Numbered from the stretch's first letter, positions 27,101 through 36,874 are shown. The stretch: DNA of 53,725 nucleotides from a virus (IMGVR_UViG_3300027972_000015:1-53725), one strand, 5' to 3'. Numbers and translations are program-made. The notes: a model not told the origin generated them from the letters alone.

Positions 27101-27237
27101 TTGACTTTTCGGGTGAAAACGTGGAGGATTCGTAACGTGCCGACCAACACGATTCATCGTTCCAGGTTGCGAACCGTCCCACCCTCCTTCGGGCTTTGGT
27201 CGGCACGTGGGCAGCGCAGACGGTTCGCATCTTGGGG
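27101..27237 (+). promoter_or_regulatory. Promoter plus structured leader of the replication operon
   Basis: TTGACT-17 nt-GAGGAT; interleaved inverted repeats 27135-47/27196-208 (13 bp) and 27168-78/27219-29 (11 bp). Confidence 0.65.
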
Positions 27238-27250
27238 CGAGGAGTAGTTG

Positions 27251-27616
27251 ATGGCGTACTCGGATTTGCTGAAGGACAGGCGCTGGCAGCGCAAGCGGCT
27301 TGAGGCCATGGCGGCGGCAAAATGGCTCTGTCAACGCTGCCCAAGCAATGACAACGCCATCCAACTGCACGTCCACCACGTGGCCTATGTTCCAGGCCGC
27401 GCACCGTGGGAGTACGAGCTTCGCGAGTTGCTTGTCGTCTGCGAGCCGTGCCACAAGGAGCTTCACGGAATGCGCGAGACAGACGTTGCTCTGTCGGTGC
27501 TTTACCAGGCGATCGCCGAGGCCCACCGCCAAGGCGACTGGGACAAGATGCAGTTGCTCGCAGACGAGGCGATGCGGCTCATTGGCGAGGGCTACTACTA
27601 CCGGAGTCTGGTCTGA
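27251..27616 (+). CDS. HNH endonuclease-like protein
   Basis: YSDLLKDRRWQRKR, CQRC, LHVHH, WEY...VCEPCHKELH. Confidence 0.85.
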   Translation: MAYSDLLKDRRWQRKRLEAMAAAKWLCQRCPSNDNAIQLHVHHVAYVPGRAPWEYELRELLVVCEPCHKELHGMRETDVALSVLYQAIAEAHRQGDWDKMQLLADEAMRLIGEGYYYRSLV

Positions 27617-28575
27617 TGTACCTGGAGATCGACGAGGGGTTTCCAGGCCACCGCAAGACGCTGCGCCTCTGCTCGCTCATGCAGAACCCGGAGGCAGGGT
27701 GGTACATGATCCGTCTGTGGACGTGGGCGTGTCGCTCCTGCCCAAGCGGGGACTTGCGCGGGCTCACCCCGTACGATCTGGAGATGGCCGTCCAGTACCG
27801 CAAGCTAGATGGCGCTTGCTACAAGGCGATGGTCGAGAGCGGATATGTGGATGAGTCAAATCCTGGTGAACCGGGAGAGATTCACGGGTGGATGGAGCAC
27901 ACCGGTGGAGCTATTCGCAAGATGGAGGAGTCGGCCGAGAGCAAAAAACTCTGGAGATTACACAGGGATGGGAAGTGCGAGCGTCACTGTAAATGGTGCA
28001 AGACAGTCCAAGGACAGTCCAAGGACAGTCCAGAGACATTGAAAGGACGCGGAACGGACAAAACCGCACAAGACAAGACCAGTCCAGGCAAGACAAGACA
28101 AGACCAGTCCAGACAAGACAAGAGAGAGAGTAACTCTGGCGCGCGCGCGGGCGATCCTAGTGGTGTACCAGAGCGCGGTGCCGTACCAGTGCCACCGCAC
28201 AACGAGCCAGGGAAACCGACGGCCCGCAATGTCCTGGCTGCATTCGCTCGGATCCGCGGCGAAACCTGCGGAGGCAAGGCGCTGTTCTTCCAGCCGACCG
28301 AATCGACCGTGGACAAGGCGGCGAAGTGGCTTGAGGCCATGCCGGTGGACGCCGTTGCCGACATCGAGCCGGCGATGAAGCGCGCCTGTGATGGAGTTCG
28401 CGACGGAGTCAAGAGCTGGAGCGATTCGCGCATGTCTGACCCGATGTTTCTGTTCGCGACCATCGTCAGCCGGTGGAGTTCGCTGCGCGAGGAGCTGCAC
28501 GGATGCGCTCCGAAAGTGGCTGAGAAGAAAGCTCAAGAGCCGCGATGGGGTGGCTCGGACAAGATGGTGTACTGA
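27616..28575 (+). CDS. Phage replication initiator protein (319 aa)
   Basis: N-terminal GHRKT...RLWTW...IHGW pattern; internal iteron-like repeats; upstream of primase-helicase. Confidence 0.75.
   Translation: MYLEIDEGFPGHRKTLRLCSLMQNPEAGWYMIRLWTWACRSCPSGDLRGLTPYDLEMAVQYRKLDGACYKAMVESGYVDESNPGEPGEIHGWMEHTGGAIRKMEESAESKKLWRLHRDGKCERHCKWCKTVQGQSKDSPETLKGRGTDKTAQDKTSPGKTRQDQSRQDKRESNSGARAGDPSGVPERGAVPVPPHNEPGKPTARNVLAAFARIRGETCGGKALFFQPTESTVDKAAKWLEAMPVDAVADIEPAMKRACDGVRDGVKSWSDSRMSDPMFLFATIVSRWSSLREELHGCAPKVAEKKAQEPRWGGSDKMVY
27999..28130. repeat. Iteron-like repeats, probable replication origin
   Basis: GACAGTCCAAG x3 (28002-28034, third imperfect), then an A-rich CAAGA/CCAGTCCAG array. Confidence 0.7.
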
Positions 28576-30485
28576 TGGCAAACGTTCGCAACATCGACCC
28601 GATCGCGGCGGAGAACGAATTTCGGGCCGCCATGGTGGCCGCCGGGCTGGTCCCTCCTGACGGCCTGCGAACAGACGGCAAGCTGGAGCGCGTACGCGTC
28701 GACGGGAAGCGCGGCAAGAAAGACGGATGGTATGTGTACTTCTCCGACGGCCTGCCAGCTGGCGCGTACGGTGATTGGCACGACGGGCCGGATGGCTGGC
28801 AAAGCTGGTGCGCGGCCGACACCCACCTGCTCTCTGATGCCGAGATGCGCGATCACATCGAGCGCCTCAACCGCGCCCGGGCCGCGCGCCGCCAGGAGTC
28901 GGAGAGAATCCAGCATGAGGCCCAGGATTCCGCTGATGCGATATGGGACGCGTCCAAGCCTTGCGTGGGCCCTCACCCATACCTGGAACGAAAATGCGTC
29001 CAGGCGCACGGCCTACGCGTCCACAGCGATGGCCGGCTCGTGGTTCCCATCCGTGATGGCGAAGGCCAGATCTGGTCGGTCGAGTTCATCGCGGCGGACG
29101 GCGAGAAGCGATTCCTTCCTGGCGGGCGCAAGGGCGGCTGCTGGTTCGAGCTCGGGATGCCAGGCGACGTGCTTTGTGTGGCGGAGGGGTACGCCACCGC
29201 GGCGAGCATCCACGAGGCGACCGGGTATTTCGTGGCCGTGGCTTTCGACTGCGGAAACCTTGGCAAGGTCGCCAAGGCGCTTCGCGAGAAGCACCCGACA
29301 GCGAAGATCGTCATCTGCGCTGACGACGACCAGAAGACCAATGGCAACCCCGGGCTGACGGCAGCGCAGAAGGCGGCCAAGGATGCAAACGCGCTGGTCG
29401 CCGTCCCGTCGCAGCCAGGCGACTTCAACGACCAGGCCGTTGCCATGGGCGGTTGCAGCGTCGCGGAGACTGTGAACAAAGCGCTCGCCGCGGACACTGG
29501 CCCGATCGACGCGGCCGACCTGTTCCCGCTGGTGTACGCCGAACTCGAAGCGCGCAAGGACGGGCGTAGCAAAAGCTCTATTTCAACCGGAATCGGAAGC
29601 GTCGACAAGCTGAGCGGAGGACTTCGGAGAGGGTATCTGTCCGTCGTTGCCGGGCTTCCCGGATCTGGCAAGACAGCCGCTGCTCTTGGGATCATCGCGC
29701 ATAACGCGCAAGCTGGGATTCCATGCATGCTGTTTTCCATCGAGATGGACCGTATCGACATCGGCATGCGATTTGTGTCGCAGCGGTCGTGTGTTCCTGC
29801 TGCAACGTTGTTTTCTGAGAAAGCTCCGATGGACAAACAGCAGTGGGACCACGCCAGGAATGCCGCAGACGGGCTGTCAAAGGTTCTGCTCACCGTAGAC
29901 GACCGTACGGTTACGCTGTCCCAACTCGTCGAGCAATCTCACAAATGGTACGCCGACAAGGTGCGCGCAGCAGGGAAAGAGACGGGGATGATTGTCGTCG
30001 ACTACCTTGGCCTGATTCGTAGCGAGGCCGGGAGCGAGAACCGCAACCGCGAGGTAGCGGCGATGGCCCAGGGTCTGAAGCTGCTTGCCCGTACGCTGCG
30101 TGTTCCGCTGCTTCTGTGCGCGCAGCTCAACAGGCAGGCATCGGCGCGCGGCGCTGAGCCTGAGCTTCACGATTTGCGTGACTCTGGCGAAATCGAGGCC
30201 GCCGCAGACTTGGTGTTTTTCCCGTACCAGTGGCCACGATACGTGAACAAGGACGGCGAAACGGTCATGAAGCTTCCGACAGCTGAAGAGGAATCTCGCG
30301 GCGTAGTTGCCGTCGACAAATGGCTCGTGCGCAAGAACCGTAACGGCCCGAAGGGCGCTGCGGTGGTGAAGTGGAACGCAGAGATCATGCTGTACACAGG
30401 GCTTGGCCGCGACGAGTTCCAGGTTGACGACAGAACCGTGAGCGAAAGACGACAAGAGCGCCCGCGATGCGACTGCGATGATTGA
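28575..30485 (+). CDS. Primase-helicase (Toprim + DnaB-like SF4 helicase, 636 aa)
   Basis: HPYLERK, VAEGYATA, ICADDD, GDFND; GLPGSGKT, FSIEM, VVDYLGLI, AQLNR, LRDSGEIEAAAD, KNRNGP. Confidence 0.92.
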   Translation: MANVRNIDPIAAENEFRAAMVAAGLVPPDGLRTDGKLERVRVDGKRGKKDGWYVYFSDGLPAGAYGDWHDGPDGWQSWCAADTHLLSDAEMRDHIERLNRARAARRQESERIQHEAQDSADAIWDASKPCVGPHPYLERKCVQAHGLRVHSDGRLVVPIRDGEGQIWSVEFIAADGEKRFLPGGRKGGCWFELGMPGDVLCVAEGYATAASIHEATGYFVAVAFDCGNLGKVAKALREKHPTAKIVICADDDQKTNGNPGLTAAQKAAKDANALVAVPSQPGDFNDQAVAMGGCSVAETVNKALAADTGPIDAADLFPLVYAELEARKDGRSKSSISTGIGSVDKLSGGLRRGYLSVVAGLPGSGKTAAALGIIAHNAQAGIPCMLFSIEMDRIDIGMRFVSQRSCVPAATLFSEKAPMDKQQWDHARNAADGLSKVLLTVDDRTVTLSQLVEQSHKWYADKVRAAGKETGMIVVDYLGLIRSEAGSENRNREVAAMAQGLKLLARTLRVPLLLCAQLNRQASARGAEPELHDLRDSGEIEAAADLVFFPYQWPRYVNKDGETVMKLPTAEEESRGVVAVDKWLVRKNRNGPKGAAVVKWNAEIMLYTGLGRDEFQVDDRTVSERRQERPRCDCDD

Positions 30486-30504
30486 TCACCAGCGAAAGGA
30501 CCCC

Positions 30505-30846
30505 ATGAGCAAGACCGAAGGATTCACATTCAGCGGCACCGGAACACTCTCCCGAATCGACCGCTTCACCTCGAAGGCCGGCAAGGAGATCATCACGCTG
30601 ATCTTCGAGCAGGGAGGGCAGTGGCCTCAAACTGTCCCTGTCAAAGTTTTTGGCCGTCTGGTCGCCACGGTCTCCGACTTGAAGCAAGGCGACGTCGTCA
30701 CGGTGACCGGCAAGCTCGGTGGCCGGGACTTCAACGGGCGCGTCTACGGCGACTCGATCGCCGAGACAATCGAGCCGGTCAGCTCGCAGCCGGCGGGAAA
30801 GGACGCGCCGCCGGTGGACGATGATCCTGGATCTTTCCCGTTCTAG
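30505..30846 (+). CDS. Single-stranded DNA-binding protein (OB fold, DUF3127-like)
   Basis: QWPQTV...LKQGDVVTVTGKLGGRDFNGRVY; acidic tail ending FPF. Confidence 0.8.
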   Translation: MSKTEGFTFSGTGTLSRIDRFTSKAGKEIITLIFEQGGQWPQTVPVKVFGRLVATVSDLKQGDVVTVTGKLGGRDFNGRVYGDSIAETIEPVSSQPAGKDAPPVDDDPGSFPF

Positions 30847-30867
30847 TCACCAACGAAAGGCAACGAC

Positions 30868-31062
30868 ATGACCACGCCAGAAATCACCTACCGAATCGAG
30901 TGCCGGCTACGCGGCTGCGTCGAATGGGAGGAATACGACACCGACGTTACCGACCCTGATGTGTCGCTGGCGCGAGCGATTGGAGGGGAGTCGAACTACC
31001 CGAACAACGCGGACATCGTCGAGTGGCATCTGGCGCGCAAGATGAAGCGGAGGAAGCCATGA
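30868..31062 (+). CDS. Hypothetical protein (64 aa)
   Basis: AAGG RBS; coupled to next gene. Confidence 0.45.
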   Translation: MTTPEITYRIECRLRGCVEWEEYDTDVTDPDVSLARAIGGESNYPNNADIVEWHLARKMKRRKP

Positions 31063-31424
31063 TGACGAAGGAACAACTCCACATCCTGCAACATTCGCTC
31101 GGAGTCGACGCTTATGGGCGAGGAGAGCAGTACCGCAACCACTACGTTGCCGAGCCGTTCGCCGACATGGACGAACTCGTATCCGCTGGACTTATGCGCG
31201 ACTGCGGGGAAGGCAAACCGGGATTCATCGGCTCCGGAATGCACACGTACCAGGTGACGGAGGCCGGGAAGCTGGCGATGCGCGAGAACAGCCCTCCGCC
31301 ACCTCGGCTCACGCGTGCGCAGCGCAGATACCGAGAATTCCTGTCTGCCGACTGCGGGATGACATTCGGCGAATGGTTGAAACAGATTCCGCTGATGCGC
31401 AAGGAAGGTTGGCCTGTCACATGA
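31059..31424 (+). CDS. Conserved phage protein (121 aa)
   Basis: ILQHSLG...YRNHYV...LVSAGLM...VTEAG...RYREFL.AD. Confidence 0.7.
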   Translation: MMTKEQLHILQHSLGVDAYGRGEQYRNHYVAEPFADMDELVSAGLMRDCGEGKPGFIGSGMHTYQVTEAGKLAMRENSPPPPRLTRAQRRYREFLSADCGMTFGEWLKQIPLMRKEGWPVT

Positions 31425-31912
31425 AACTCCTGCTGCTCATCCTCGCGCTCGCGTGGGCCGGCCTGCTGATCTGCGTTCCGGCTCGACCTGGCAACGCGGC
31501 CACGACGACCGAGAAGGCGCTGACCGCGCTGTGCCCTGGGAAGGAGCACCTTGCGCCTCACGTTGACGCGGCGGCAAGACGGTACCTTCTGCCGCGGGTG
31601 CTGCTCGTCGCGGTCATGCGGGTGGAGAGCCACTGTCGTATGGAAGCGGTCGGCGCCGCCAAGGAACGATGCGCGTTTCAGGTTCGAGGTGTGGCCCGCA
31701 ACGGACGCAGCGACGTAGAGCTGGCCGACCCGGCGACGTGCATCGACACCGGGGCTCGCTGGCTTTCGCTCATGGTGACATGGGCTGGCGGGCTCGGGGA
31801 AGGAATCGGGGCGTACAACACCGGGAAGCTCGGGAACGGCAGAGGAAAGTACGCGCGAAAGGTCCTCGCCATGGTGGCGCGGGCCTGTCGCGCGATTGAG
31901 AGGAAGGGCTGA
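31421..31912 (+). CDS. Lytic transglycosylase (SLT domain) with N-terminal signal/anchor (163 aa)
   Basis: AVMRVES (catalytic E), CAFQV in place of GLMQ, DPATCIDTGARWL, AYNTG, YARKVL. Confidence 0.85.
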   Translation: MKLLLLILALAWAGLLICVPARPGNAATTTEKALTALCPGKEHLAPHVDAAARRYLLPRVLLVAVMRVESHCRMEAVGAAKERCAFQVRGVARNGRSDVELADPATCIDTGARWLSLMVTWAGGLGEGIGAYNTGKLGNGRGKYARKVLAMVARACRAIERKG

Positions 31913-31915
31913 AGG

Positions 31916-32161
31916 ATGATGAAAACGATCAATTGGCTACCAATCGAGACCGCACCGAAGGACCGCGACGTGTTGCTGTACTTGGGCAGCGGCCAGTGCT
32001 CGGTTGGCAAGTTCGACCACGACGGATTCGCCCGACGTCCTCGCCCGTACTGGTCGACAGAGCGAGGGTGGTTGTTCGGCAAGCTATGGCAGCGCGAGAA
32101 TCAGCCCACCCACTGGGCGGAGTTGACACGCCCCGAGACGGGCGTTGAGGCCGCGCCGTGA
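31916..32161 (+). CDS. DUF551-like protein (81 aa)
   Basis: WLPIETAPKD...PTHW. Confidence 0.8.
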   Translation: MMKTINWLPIETAPKDRDVLLYLGSGQCSVGKFDHDGFARRPRPYWSTERGWLFGKLWQRENQPTHWAELTRPETGVEAAP

Positions 32162-32988
32162 TGGACCCGTCGAAGATCTGTCCAGCGTGCGGCAACGACA
32201 AGCTGGCCGAGCGCGACCTGTGCGCGTCCTGCCAGGTCGGCCACGACTACGCCATCCGAGGCGTTGTCGCGTACCTGCAAGACCGAGGGATGACCCTGTC
32301 CGAGACGGCAATCGATGCCGGCGAATCGTTCGGGCACCACGAGACGAAAGTGAGGAAGCCATGAGCCGCGACACCGTGATCGAAATCGTGCTGACCCCAG
32401 TACAACTCGCGACGTGTGCCATCGCCGCCGCGATCGCCGTGCCGGTGCTGCTCGCCGACCGTGCGCTGACAGCGGCGGGCGTTCGGTGGCAGGAGCGCGC
32501 GGTTGACGTCGTCGGCGACGTCGTGTCCGGGCTCGCCGAGTGGAGGTGGCGGACATGATGACAACGCAGGACCTCGACGATCTGGCGGGCAAGGTCGAGC
32601 GAGGTGATGCTGTCGTCCTATCGAAGGACGTCATGCGCGAGCTGCTGGCGCGCGCGAAGGCGTGGGAGCGGATTCTTCAGAGTCACGCAGACCGCGGCGG
32701 AGAATGCGCGGTCAGGGACGAGATCGCAGAGTGGGACGCCATGGCCGAGAATGGGTTTCCGCCATGATGTCGCCGGCCTACTACCGCCGATTCATCCGTG
32801 AGTGGTGCGGCGGCGTCGAGGATGATTGCGCGATCTACGTGACCACGGGCAAGCGGTGCCCGCACGTGGAGAGCGGAGCCGTCGAGGTGGGCGAGGAGTG
32901 GCTCAAGCACCAAGCGATTCCGAGAGAGGCGATCGAAACGAAACCGAGGGTCAACAGCATCATCGAGGGCGCCAAGGGTGCTGCGTAA
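32158..32988 (+). other. Run of four coupled small hypothetical genes (32158-32364, 32361-32558, 32555-32767, 32764-32988)
   Basis: Consecutive 4-nt start/stop overlaps. Confidence 0.5.
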
Positions 32989-33026
32989 TTCGCCCCGGCC
33001 GGCGCAAGTACCATAGTGAGGCAACG

Positions 33027-34139
33027 ATGAACCGATCAAGCAATTCCTGGCTCGTGAATCCCGACGGGACACAGGGCTACTCGTGGAACCCGATTTTGGG
33101 CTGCTCGCCTGCGCACGTCGGGTGCAAGTTCTGCTACGCCGCCCGGCTCGCGTCCACGAGGCTTGCTCACCTGCCGGAGTACGGGGGCCTGACGAAGCGC
33201 TGCCCGTGCCCAGCGAAGCACGAACCGGCGTGGACCGGTGAAGTCCGCTTCTTTCCCGAGCGCCTGGCCGAGCCACTGCGGCGCCGCAAGCCCAGCAGCA
33301 TCTTCCCCGTGGACATGGGCGACCTGTTCCACGAGAAGGTCACCAACGAGCAGATCGCGGCCGTGTTCGGCGTGATGGCGGCGACGCCCCAGCACCGCTA
33401 CTTCGTGCTGACCAAGCGGGCCCGGCGCATGCGGGAGTGGTTCGCGTGGGTGGACGGGCAGCGCGACTGCGGCAGCGGGCGCTGGCAGTTTCAGGCGGAA
33501 GCCTGCCGAGGATTCGCCATCGACTTGCTGCCAGGAGAATCGCCTCTCAAGGGATACGATAGGCGCTGGCCTCTCCCCAACATCTCCCTCCTAGTCAGTG
33601 TGAGCGACCAGCGCACGGCCGACGAGCTGATACCCGAGCTGCTGCAGACCCAGGCGGCGATGCGGGGGGTAAGCCTAGAACCGATGGTTGGGCCGGTTGA
33701 CCTAACCCGCATGGTGCTCGTCGAGCCAAGGCCTCCGCACGGGCCTGGCGTGTACCTGAACGCGCTCACGGGACTGGTGTCAGGGCCGGACGACGTTCTG
33801 CCCAAGCTCGACTGGGTCATTGTGGGCGGCGAGAGCGGAAGCAACGCGCGCCCCTGCCACGTCGAGTGGATTCGCTCGGTCGTGCGCCAGTGCGCGGAGG
33901 CCAAGGTTCAGTGCTGGGTTAAGCAGTATGGGAGCAACGCCATCGGAGACGGATACGACCTGGGCGACGAGACCGTGCGCGAGCTGGACGCCGCCGGCTG
34001 CGACATTCTCGACACCTACGCGCCCGACATGCTCGGCGCGGCCCCGAAGAGCCGGCTGCCGATGCGGTCGCGGGCCGGCGCGAACCCGAGTGAGTGGCAC
34101 CCGTCGTTGCGCGTCCGCCAGCGGCCGGTGGGGTGGTGA
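33027..34139 (+). CDS. DUF5131 (Gp37/Gp68) radical-SAM-like protein (370 aa)
   Basis: WNPILGCSPAHVGCKFCYA, MGDLFHE, LTKR, SLEPM, WVIVGGESG, VKQYG. Confidence 0.9.
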   Translation: MNRSSNSWLVNPDGTQGYSWNPILGCSPAHVGCKFCYAARLASTRLAHLPEYGGLTKRCPCPAKHEPAWTGEVRFFPERLAEPLRRRKPSSIFPVDMGDLFHEKVTNEQIAAVFGVMAATPQHRYFVLTKRARRMREWFAWVDGQRDCGSGRWQFQAEACRGFAIDLLPGESPLKGYDRRWPLPNISLLVSVSDQRTADELIPELLQTQAAMRGVSLEPMVGPVDLTRMVLVEPRPPHGPGVYLNALTGLVSGPDDVLPKLDWVIVGGESGSNARPCHVEWIRSVVRQCAEAKVQCWVKQYGSNAIGDGYDLGDETVRELDAAGCDILDTYAPDMLGAAPKSRLPMRSRAGANPSEWHPSLRVRQRPVGW

Positions 34140-34141
34140 CC

Positions 34142-34399
34142 ATGACGAAGGCCGACCGCGAGGCGCTGCGGAAGCGCATGGTGGACAAGGGATGGGCGCG
34201 CGTGGAGTCGTTCGACAACCTGCTCGGGCTCATCGTTCGCGAGAGCGACCGCGCCGTCCGCCGCGAGCGGGCGCGCACGGTGCCCACAACGGTAACAGGC
34301 AGGTGGGTGGACCAGAAGTGGATTCCGGCTGTCGTCGGGCGGCGCAAGCATGGCTACTGGCTGATGACGGTGCAGACGAGGAAAGGAAAGCGAGCATGA
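34142..34399 (+). CDS. Hypothetical basic protein (85 aa)
   Basis: Coupled to neighbours. Confidence 0.5.
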   Translation: MTKADREALRKRMVDKGWARVESFDNLLGLIVRESDRAVRRERARTVPTTVTGRWVDQKWIPAVVGRRKHGYWLMTVQTRKGKRA

Positions 34400-34855
34400 C
34401 CGACGAGACGAAGATCGAGGCGATGAGTGATGAGGAGCTGGCCGAGAAGCTCGACGTGTTCTTGGACGGCTGTTACGACTTCGCGCACGCGCCCTGGGAG
34501 GAGAAGCCTCCAGGAAGTCGACACGCAGCCATGCGCCGACTGGAGCTTGTGCGCGAGATGCTCGGCCCGCCCGAAGGCGGAAGCGCACACCGTCGCGACC
34601 CTACGCGCGGCCCTGCGCAAGAGCGAGGCTGAGCGGCTCGCGGCGCTCGGGCAGGTCGAGGACTTGCGGGAGAAGCTGGCCGCCCCCGCGCTGGCCGACG
34701 AAGAGAAGTACGCGCGCATCGGCCGCATGGTCGTCCAGCTCGTGAAGGACTACGACCTGAACAGGCTGGTTGTGCAACTGCCACACCCGTCGCCGATGTG
34801 CCCGTGCGCGGAATGCCAGGGGCGTTTTGACAACCTAGGGAAGGGAAAGCCATGA
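34396..34855 (+). pseudogene. Hypothetical gene split by an apparent +1 frameshift near 34564
   Basis: Removing one G from CTCGGCCCG joins ...LVREML to ARPKAEAHTVATL... and gives an ORF with ATGA overlaps at both ends. Confidence 0.55.
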
Positions 34856-36408
34856 ACGCCAAGATAGAGTCCCCCGCGCTTGCCGTCGAGCCGCTGAGCG
34901 TAGCCGAGATCGCGCAGATTGCCACCGAGGCGCGTAGAGTAGGCACGTGCACGGCAGAGGGGATTGGATTGTGCGTCGCCGAACGCCAGCGAGCGAAGGT
35001 CCGCCCCGCGCCGCTGCCGACGGTTGATTCGCTGGCGAAGGTGCTCCTGCCAATCATCACGTCGGCACCATCTGGTGAGACGTGCGCGGTAGAGTGCGCC
35101 CGCGCCGTCCTCGCCCACCTCGGCGCGCAGCCGGCGGCAAGCGAAGGCTATGACTGGGCCGAACGGGCGGCGCTGCTCGGGGCGCAGGTTGCGCGCCTGA
35201 CCCGCGAGAATTCCGAGCTTGCGGAGCGAGCCGCAGAGGCGCAGCTTCGCTTCCGCACCGAGGAGAGCCGGCACGCTGAGACACGAGAGCGCCTGACCCG
35301 CGAGCGTGACGAGGTGGCACACATGGTGGTTCATCATGAGAAGCGCAAGCAACTTGAGTTCGGATTACGCGAGCTTGGCATCGGGAGGCGCGGCTCCCCG
35401 GAAGACGACGCTCTGACCACGATCCGCGAGCAGCGCGCGAAGCTCGACGAGCAGGCTCGGACGTTGAGCGAGCAGGCGGCCGAGATCGCGCGGCTCAAGG
35501 ATGCCCCGCGGTTTGTCAAGGATGCCCCGCGGTTTGTCGGTTCGGCTGAACTCGCGGCCGCCAGAAGTGAGTCCGTCCCGCAAGCGCCGCCCGCCGAGGC
35601 GTGCTCCAACTGCGACGGCCGAGGCGAGGTCGCCATCGATCGCGTCGGCGACGGGCCGGAGGGCAGGCAGGCGCAGTGCCCGAAGTGCAAGCCCGCCGAG
35701 GCGCCGATGCCGAGGCTGGAGAGCGAGACCCGCAACTGGGCGATGGACGAAGACCCGTGTGGAGAGGCGGGGAAGACTGTCGCTGACATGATCTTGCGGG
35801 CCGCCAGCGCCGACATGGCCGACGCCGTGAAGGCTGCCGTAGAGACGTGCGCCAAAGGGTTCGCGGTGCTGCGGGAGCGTGACACGCTGGAGATCAAGCA
35901 GATGCGCGAGGTCATCGTCTGGCGCGAAGCGGATCGGGAGGCGGACGCGAGACGGATTGCCAAGTTGGAGCAGGAACTTGAGGCTGCGCTGACGGCTGCC
36001 GATAGGAACGGCGAGGCGCGCGACGCCGCCCGCCGCCAGGCCGAGGAGAACGCGCAGGAATGCGAGAGACTGCGTGGAGCGCTATCCGAGGCAAAGTACG
36101 ACCGCGACAACGCAGCCAAGCTGGCCGAGGAGTCGAGCAAGCGCATCGTGGAGCTCGAGGAGAGCTACTCGGCCGCGAAGGAGTCTATCAATGGGCTGCG
36201 CGAGGCGCGCGACAACTGGCATCGCCAGGCCGAGGAGAACGCGCAGGCCGCGCGGGAACTGGCCGAGCTGCGGAAGCTGGCGCCCAGGTTCATTCTCGGT
36301 CTGCGTGCTGAGGGCGAGCGATCTGACTACGAAAGAATCCAGTCGCTTCTCGACCAGCCGGAGGTGAAGCCGGGCGACGCTGAACAGAAGAACGAAGGAG
36401 GAAAGTGA
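34852..36408 (+). CDS. Coiled-coil protein with CxxCxGxG zinc motif (518 aa)
   Basis: Heptad-rich; CSNCDGRG...CPKC; 21-bp tandem duplication 35495-35536 (KDAPRFV x2). Confidence 0.7.
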   Translation: MNAKIESPALAVEPLSVAEIAQIATEARRVGTCTAEGIGLCVAERQRAKVRPAPLPTVDSLAKVLLPIITSAPSGETCAVECARAVLAHLGAQPAASEGYDWAERAALLGAQVARLTRENSELAERAAEAQLRFRTEESRHAETRERLTRERDEVAHMVVHHEKRKQLEFGLRELGIGRRGSPEDDALTTIREQRAKLDEQARTLSEQAAEIARLKDAPRFVKDAPRFVGSAELAAARSESVPQAPPAEACSNCDGRGEVAIDRVGDGPEGRQAQCPKCKPAEAPMPRLESETRNWAMDEDPCGEAGKTVADMILRAASADMADAVKAAVETCAKGFAVLRERDTLEIKQMREVIVWREADREADARRIAKLEQELEAALTAADRNGEARDAARRQAEENAQECERLRGALSEAKYDRDNAAKLAEESSKRIVELEESYSAAKESINGLREARDNWHRQAEENAQAARELAELRKLAPRFILGLRAEGERSDYERIQSLLDQPEVKPGDAEQKNEGGK

Positions 36409-36614
36409 TGCTCGAACGAATGCTGAACGCGTGGACGATCCGAGGCTGGTCCGTGGTCGCCGTGGCGATGGTGCTGGCGCTCATCGCCGTCGCCGTGTCC
36501 GTGATCACCGGCGTGGTGCTCGGGGCATCGTGGGCCATCAACAACCAACCGCTCGCGCTGGCGGCGCCTGTCTCTGCCTTCGCAGCGTGGAAGATCTGGA
36601 GGGCCTTCGAGTGA
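36405..36614 (+). CDS. Membrane protein (69 aa)
   Basis: Two hydrophobic segments; AAGGAGG RBS. Confidence 0.55.
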   Translation: MMLERMLNAWTIRGWSVVAVAMVLALIAVAVSVITGVVLGASWAINNQPLALAAPVSAFAAWKIWRAFE

Positions 36615-36874
36615 CGGCGACGTTGCACGTATACAGGAACGGCGCCACAGACTGGTTCGTGGCCGAGTCTGCCGAAGAGGCTCACGCCATGGGACTGGAA
36701 CTCGGCGCGCTCGTTGGCGCCGATGAAGAATACGCTGACGAGGTGTACGTTCAGTGCGCCGACGATTCGTTTCTGAAGATCGATAGCGAGAACGGCCCTG
36801 GAGTCGAGGCAAAGACGTGCGCCGAGTGGGCGGCATCCAGCGGCAAGGGATTCCTTTGCACGGAGAACTACTGA
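36611..36874 (+). CDS. Acidic hypothetical protein (87 aa)
   Basis: DWFVAESAEEA...GFLCTENY; overlaps. Confidence 0.6.
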   Translation: MTATLHVYRNGATDWFVAESAEEAHAMGLELGALVGADEEYADEVYVQCADDSFLKIDSENGPGVEAKTCAEWAASSGKGFLCTENY

